IMG/VR virus record: IMGVR_UViG_3300029288_000079
Coordinates: 96,001-160,000 of that record
Direction: 5' to 3' (one strand)
From: a virus
Lineage: Duplodnaviria > Caudoviricetes
Length of the DNA: 64,000 nucleotides
Of the stretch, positions 58,727 to 64,000 are shown in pieces (the stretch's first letter is position 1; every line of letters starts with the position of its first letter). The notes beneath the pieces were generated by a model, which worked only from the letters and a program-made list of their open reading frames with translations, searched no databases and was not told the DNA's origin. Made by a program: the position numbers and the translations under genes.

Positions 58727-61700
58727 TTATAACTCCGTTGATAGCAATTGCTCTATTACCGCAGTATTAATTGGTATCATCTCTCTAATCCATTGTTCAA
58801 ACTGTTTAAGAAGAGAACTAATACTAGCTCCATCAGAACCTTCATCAGCACTTTGAATTTTCTTTTGCTGAGTACCAGATATCGGGAATTCATATAAGAA
58901 TCTCTCAACCACCATCTGCATATCCTTATTCTCAATAATAGCCTTGAGCTTTCGAATCTGCTCAGATAATGTTTTGTCAAGCTTATCAGCCTCAGCTAAA
59001 ACTTGTGTTAATGATGCTGTAGGAGATGTAGCTTTCTCTCTCGAGACTGCAGCCCAAATCTTATTCTCATATGCCTGAACATGATCTTCTGATTGAGTCA
59101 ATTGATCATATACCATATCAATATAACTTCTCATCTGATCGGCTTGCTTTGCTATCTCAGATTCATATGGCTTTCTAATATTAGCCATAGTTTCTTCAAC
59201 AGGTTTCAAAGCAGCTTTCAACGCAGCCTCAACTTCCTGCTTTTTCTGAATAACCTGTCTCAACTTAGTAATAGCCTCACTAGCTTTTCCACCCGCTTCA
59301 GGAATAACTTCTGGCTCTTTATATTCTTCAATATTAGGTGCCTTCTTCATATCTAGTTTAGGCTCTACGGGTTTTGTTAACGTAGGTTTCGCTGCAGAAG
59401 CTGGGGCACTAGGAGCTGTTACCGTTACTTCTGAAGGACTATGTCTTACAACACTAGGCTTTGTAGTTGTACCTTCTTGGTCAGGCCGATTGATCTTAAC
59501 ATCAAAGCCTACGGCCTCTCTTAAAGACGATTCAACCTCATCCAGTGGAGAATTTGTCTTTGGTCCTTTATACTCAATATCCCGGGCAGGCTGTTTACCA
59601 TAAGGAAGCATATCACGATCAGGAAAATTCTCACGTTCCTTTACCTGGTTCTCATCCATTTTACGAAAAGGTATATTATATCCCTTACCCGTACCCCTGG
59701 TCTTACCTGCAGGAAACTCAGTCAACCCAATATCAATCTTCTTCGTCTCTCCCAAAGGTACACCATGATCTGAATGACCTGTCTCATCCTTGTCACCTTT
59801 ATCAGGTTTAAATCCCATCTCCTGCAAGGCTCTTACTTCTCGTGGCATACGACTAGGATCCCCATTATACTCGTTATTATACCCCTTAGAAGCTCTGATT
59901 ACAATAGGTTCTTGATCTACCATCATAATAGTTCCACCAAGATTACAAGCCTTCTTCTCGGTCCCATCATCAAACTGAACCGTTATATCTTCATGGCCCT
60001 TAAGCAAAGTATAACGAATGCTTTGTGGATCTGTTATCACATTACCATTTACGTCTGTTATTGATGCAACTATAGCAAGGCTAGAAAAATGATCTATCCC
60101 ATTTGTGATGGATCCCTTCCAACCCCCTGCTTGCAGAGTATTTCGAAAACTTTTTCGTATCTCATTCCATCTTGGTGACATAGTTTTTATTCTCGCTTTC
60201 TTTAATTCTATTTTTTCCAAACTTTTAGAATTTTCCTTATCATTGTTTGCATAGATATGTTCTCTTAATGCAGTATCTTCAAGCTCAGATGTAGTATGCA
60301 CAACAGGCTTCAAATATTGCTCTTGACCTGCAGGCACAACTGCCTCCTGATTAGTTTGTGTATCTACAATAGTTGTAGCCTGCGGAGTTTGCTGCTTCAC
60401 AGTATACTGCTTACTATCTTGAGGATTGTATACAGTCTGCTGAGGAGTCAATTGCTGCTGAACTACACCTGTAGGCTTTTGCGGAGCATATGCTGTAGCA
60501 GGTTGATTGGATATCGATGATGGATTATCCCAAGAAACTTTGCTAGAGTATAATATATCATTAGCCTGTTGCACTAAATCATTAACGGATTGTGAAACGC
60601 CACCAACACTACTGTTATGCTGATCAATTATATTTTGAAGCATGGCAACCTGTGATTCCGAAAGATTGTTAGCTTCCGGCATTGTTAACCCAGTTGTGTT
60701 GCTAGTATCTCCATATAATGATCTAATATTTGCTAACAGTTCCGTATTGCTTTGCGTAGATGGCTCAGGAAAATTTAAATTATAATCATCATCACTCTTA
60801 GGCATTGCATTGGGACCCGATGGTGCCTGAGAATTTACAGCATCATTCAATGCCTCATCTTCGGCAATCTTCTTATTATCCTCATTAGTCCAAACATCAG
60901 ATTCACCCGATGGATTATGCTTAGATTTTATTTTATCCTCAGCTGATTTTATTACCTTTACTTCAGTTGGATTTAATGCTAAATCCTTTTCAGAAAGTTT
61001 ATCAAACACAACTATATGCTGAGGTGACACAACTTCTTTAACCACATATTTCTCTAAATTACTCCAGACATAGCTTTTACTTCCAGGTTTAAATTCTTTT
61101 TGAATAACAGTATCCCCAATTTTAATAGGCTTACCTTCAGCATCTGCAATTGTATTAGGAGTTTCAGCAGGTTTTCCTATATCTCCATACATCTCTTCAA
61201 TATAACCCTCACCCTTTCCTTCTACACCTTCCCCACCTTCATCAGCTACCTTCTCACTTGCCATATGAAAATTTGTAGGATCAGGTTTACGGAACGTAGG
61301 AATATCGGTCTTACGCATCTGACGTTCAAATTGTTTCTTAAAGTCAACATCAGTCATAAGGTTAGCTACGGTTTCCTTATCAAAAGGATATTCTTGATTT
61401 GAGGAGGTCTTAAATACTCGAGGCATTAAGATCTTGCCTGCCGGATCTATTTGAACGCTGGCATAAACACGAGCATGTTGATTACGACCATACTGCCAAT
61501 CTATCTGACAGTCTATGGAATTCAACATATCATTCTGCTGTCCTGCTTGTTTTGTATGCTCTGAACGCTGATATCGTACATCTGCACGATACATACCAAC
61601 CTTGCTAGCAAACTTGCTCAAAGCATCCAAAGCTTTCATTACAACTAACCGATCTGTGAAAGTACTATAATTAGCTTCTTTTTCCATATGGAATGAATCT

Positions 61701-62023
61701 GCTGTACGAGATTCTTTATATCCTTCTAAAGCTTTAACTTCCTGTGAAACTTTCAGAAGGCCATCACATTCCGGACATTTAAACTTAGCCTGTGTATTCT
61801 TCAGAGCAGCCAGACGTTGTTGGTTCTTAAGCTCCGGATGATCAGCTAAAAATGTCTTAGCACAGCCATCACAGGCATATTTAATAACAACAAGACTTGA
61901 ATCACTTGCTGTTTTTTGAATTGGTTTATCTCCCTTTTGAGAGCATTTTAACAACTCATCTGTATTCATCCATTTGGGTGCAGACTGATGACTGTTATTT
62001 TCTTGCGGAACTATTCTAGACAT
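58727..62023 (-). CDS. Large putative internal head protein
   Basis: Zinc ribbon CDGC/CPEC, many K/R-x-A motifs, KVSWDN, Q/T-rich and coiled-coil regions; AAGGAG RBS. Confidence 0.6.
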   Translation of the reverse strand: MSRIVPQENNSHQSAPKWMNTDELLKCSQKGDKPIQKTASDSSLVVIKYACDGCAKTFLADHPELKNQQRLAALKNTQAKFKCPECDGLLKVSQEVKALEGYKESRTADSFHMEKEANYSTFTDRLVVMKALDALSKFASKVGMYRADVRYQRSEHTKQAGQQNDMLNSIDCQIDWQYGRNQHARVYASVQIDPAGKILMPRVFKTSSNQEYPFDKETVANLMTDVDFKKQFERQMRKTDIPTFRKPDPTNFHMASEKVADEGGEGVEGKGEGYIEEMYGDIGKPAETPNTIADAEGKPIKIGDTVIQKEFKPGSKSYVWSNLEKYVVKEVVSPQHIVVFDKLSEKDLALNPTEVKVIKSAEDKIKSKHNPSGESDVWTNEDNKKIAEDEALNDAVNSQAPSGPNAMPKSDDDYNLNFPEPSTQSNTELLANIRSLYGDTSNTTGLTMPEANNLSESQVAMLQNIIDQHNSSVGGVSQSVNDLVQQANDILYSSKVSWDNPSSISNQPATAYAPQKPTGVVQQQLTPQQTVYNPQDSKQYTVKQQTPQATTIVDTQTNQEAVVPAGQEQYLKPVVHTTSELEDTALREHIYANNDKENSKSLEKIELKKARIKTMSPRWNEIRKSFRNTLQAGGWKGSITNGIDHFSSLAIVASITDVNGNVITDPQSIRYTLLKGHEDITVQFDDGTEKKACNLGGTIMMVDQEPIVIRASKGYNNEYNGDPSRMPREVRALQEMGFKPDKGDKDETGHSDHGVPLGETKKIDIGLTEFPAGKTRGTGKGYNIPFRKMDENQVKERENFPDRDMLPYGKQPARDIEYKGPKTNSPLDEVESSLREAVGFDVKINRPDQEGTTTKPSVVRHSPSEVTVTAPSAPASAAKPTLTKPVEPKLDMKKAPNIEEYKEPEVIPEAGGKASEAITKLRQVIQKKQEVEAALKAALKPVEETMANIRKPYESEIAKQADQMRSYIDMVYDQLTQSEDHVQAYENKIWAAVSREKATSPTASLTQVLAEADKLDKTLSEQIRKLKAIIENKDMQMVVERFLYEFPISGTQQKKIQSADEGSDGASISSLLKQFEQWIREMIPINTAVIEQLLSTEL

Positions 62024-62076
62024 TTTATGTCTCCTTTAATAGAAATTAGTTATTTATTTTTCTTTATTATATATTT

Positions 62077-63930
62077 TTATACCCACGCCTTAGAATCTTC
62101 TATATTATCAAAGTCAATGCTAAAATCCTGTGAATCCCTAGACTCCATATCTCCATAATCAATGCCTTGTTCATATAAATCTCTCACCTGTCTTTTACAG
62201 ACACCCCTCATAATAACATCTCCAAGCACAGTCTCACTATAAGGTATATAGAATTTCCTCACCGGAGCATAATCCTTTTCATTAATATACGCACCATCAT
62301 CCTTAGGATCCTCAATATCATTTTCTGTATTATTTATATCCCAAGCCTTAGTCTGATTAGATGCAATGTCTATATTCCGTGAGTCTACAATATAAAATCC
62401 TTTATCTTCATACCCATCCCATACCACTGCAACCAGATATTCTCCCTCTTCATTAAAATATTCAGGTCCTGGATCTACAACAGTTCCTAATGTTCCTATG
62501 GGTAAAGTACCAAAACCCCAAGTTCTACTACTCGAAGCACAATCATTTATTACAACTCTAGCACCTACAATGAAAAAATCCCTATTCTTTTCTATTGAAA
62601 TATTCCAGGCTTGATGTTCATTATTTTGTATTTCCACAGGTGAGAGGTTTTTAGAATTAATCCATACTTCACTTGGTATATTTTTATTAGTATTCTCTAA
62701 TTTTAAAGGAAAATTATCTGGATATACATACATATATTTACATATTATATAAGAAGCATTAGATGCATTAATTAATATGTAACATTTACCATTAGTTCCT
62801 TCATAATATTTTAAATTATAATCCAAAACCTTACAATCCTTACCCGTGTATAAATCTTTCGTATTAAACTCACCAAAAATAGATTTACTCCAATGTTGTC
62901 CCGGACGAATAACCTCCCCCAACTCTTCAATTGTATTCACAACAAGACCTACTTCAGGTTCAGGTAATTCAATATCCCATCCAAATTTCTCAGCATCAGT
63001 CTGCTCATCATCTACTTTACGAATAGATTCTACATCTGTTGTCCATCCTAAATATTCTTTGTTACCCCAATACCAACTACATTTAGGTAAATGAAACCAC
63101 TCCACTTCAACCATATCCCCATTTTCAGAAACAGACTCGACAGTACCTCTAGAACCTACATCTATCTCACCTGCATCAAGATTATCCTCTATTAAAGATT
63201 CTACAAGATCTCCAACTTTAAAATCCGGTTCAGGTAAATCCCAGGACTGCTTTATATTATCAAATGTTTTATCAGTCTTAACTAACCTCATAGGAAAGGA
63301 ATCTTTAATTACTATACAATCAGACCATGCTTGATTTACCTTTTCATCTATTGTAAATGTCCAAGCACAATTTGGAAACGTCCACGCAGCCAGATGATAA
63401 TCTGACTTTACTCCTGACCCCTCAGCATCAAAATTAGGACATATATTAAGATATATACACCCAATCCCACCACCACTCCACACCTGCCCCACTTGAGCAT
63501 TACTAATGAGTTCACTAATATCCTCCACTACCGTACCTACAGTAACTTCTAATGGTATATCCCAAGAATGTTTGTCTTCTATGCTTAATTTATCATATTC
63601 TATAGAGTCCATATCCCAGTCAACATTATCATTGTTCAAATATTCTCTTACAGCAACCACTAAATTACCAGTTTCATATTTATTCCATTTAAAATTACCA
63701 GCATCCTCACAAAATTCCAACCCCGATTCATCAAAGTATTTAACAGCCTCATCAAATGTTCTACACCATATAGCCCATACACTACCCCCACTCTTACTCA
63801 AAGAAGGACTACAAGGTAGAATTAATACAGGAACACCATATAATAATCCACCCCTTACATGATAAACTTTAGGTTCTATAAAGGGTATATCCCAAGATTG
63901 AGTTTCAGTATGTTCGGCTATCTCATTCAT
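62077..63930 (-). CDS. WDI-motif modular polyprotein (6 motifs)
   Basis: TQSWDI, KHSWDI, KQSWDL, KFGWDI, HQAWNI, TKAWDI. Confidence 0.75.
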   Translation of the reverse strand: MNEIAEHTETQSWDIPFIEPKVYHVRGGLLYGVPVLILPCSPSLSKSGGSVWAIWCRTFDEAVKYFDESGLEFCEDAGNFKWNKYETGNLVVAVREYLNNDNVDWDMDSIEYDKLSIEDKHSWDIPLEVTVGTVVEDISELISNAQVGQVWSGGGIGCIYLNICPNFDAEGSGVKSDYHLAAWTFPNCAWTFTIDEKVNQAWSDCIVIKDSFPMRLVKTDKTFDNIKQSWDLPEPDFKVGDLVESLIEDNLDAGEIDVGSRGTVESVSENGDMVEVEWFHLPKCSWYWGNKEYLGWTTDVESIRKVDDEQTDAEKFGWDIELPEPEVGLVVNTIEELGEVIRPGQHWSKSIFGEFNTKDLYTGKDCKVLDYNLKYYEGTNGKCYILINASNASYIICKYMYVYPDNFPLKLENTNKNIPSEVWINSKNLSPVEIQNNEHQAWNISIEKNRDFFIVGARVVINDCASSSRTWGFGTLPIGTLGTVVDPGPEYFNEEGEYLVAVVWDGYEDKGFYIVDSRNIDIASNQTKAWDINNTENDIEDPKDDGAYINEKDYAPVRKFYIPYSETVLGDVIMRGVCKRQVRDLYEQGIDYGDMESRDSQDFSIDFDNIEDSKAWV

Positions 63931-64000
63931 AATAATTAGAAGCTTATCGGAACTTCTTTCTCGCCAAGCTCACCGTTTGGATTCACTTGTGTATTAGGCT

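Noticed and set aside
1318-63862. Plus-strand ORFs in the track other than the HNH, including the two identical Ser-rich 96 aa ORFs
   Set aside because: They are antisense shadows of well-supported minus-strand genes; the Ser/Ile-rich ones mirror the Ala-rich cassette.
10877-63930. WDI motif as a purely DNA-level site-specific recombination site (integron or shufflon type)
   Set aside because: Synonymous variation (TCN/AGY, GAT/GAC), no palindromic att-like structure and no recombinase in the window. Microhomology-driven shuffling remains possible.
1-64000. CRISPR array, tRNA or rRNA genes
   Set aside because: I saw no regularly spaced repeat-spacer pattern or cloverleaf with a T-loop consensus in the short intergenic regions; not confirmed by a scan.

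Overview
AT-rich segment of a large dsDNA tailed phage (standard genetic code, almost all genes on the minus strand) containing the head-morphogenesis and packaging region. Core genes: a probable small terminase, a large terminase (with a LAGLIDADG intein), portal, an HK97-type prohead protease (with a mini-intein), scaffold, head decoration protein, and a major capsid protein split by two group I introns (one encoding a LAGLIDADG endonuclease). Neck-, holin- and fiber-like genes follow. The most striking feature is a set of about ten genes, interleaved among the head genes, whose products (31 to 2521 aa) are strings of roughly 80-170 aa modules. Each module starts at a recurring [K/T/N/S]-x-[S/A]-W-D-I motif, about 47 copies by manual count. 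The modules include SH3/KOW-like barrels, an unrecognised PGQVW domain family, Imm5-like cassettes (one pair duplicated exactly from one motif to the next), a 2H phosphoesterase, a GNAT and a SAM methyltransferase. This looks like a motif-punctuated, shuffleable polyprotein cargo system, probably processed by the phage maturation protease and packaged in the head (inference). Several structured non-coding elements also flank the capsid gene, including a C-rich anti-SD-loop hairpin. All family assignments come from motif recognition by eye, not from database searches.
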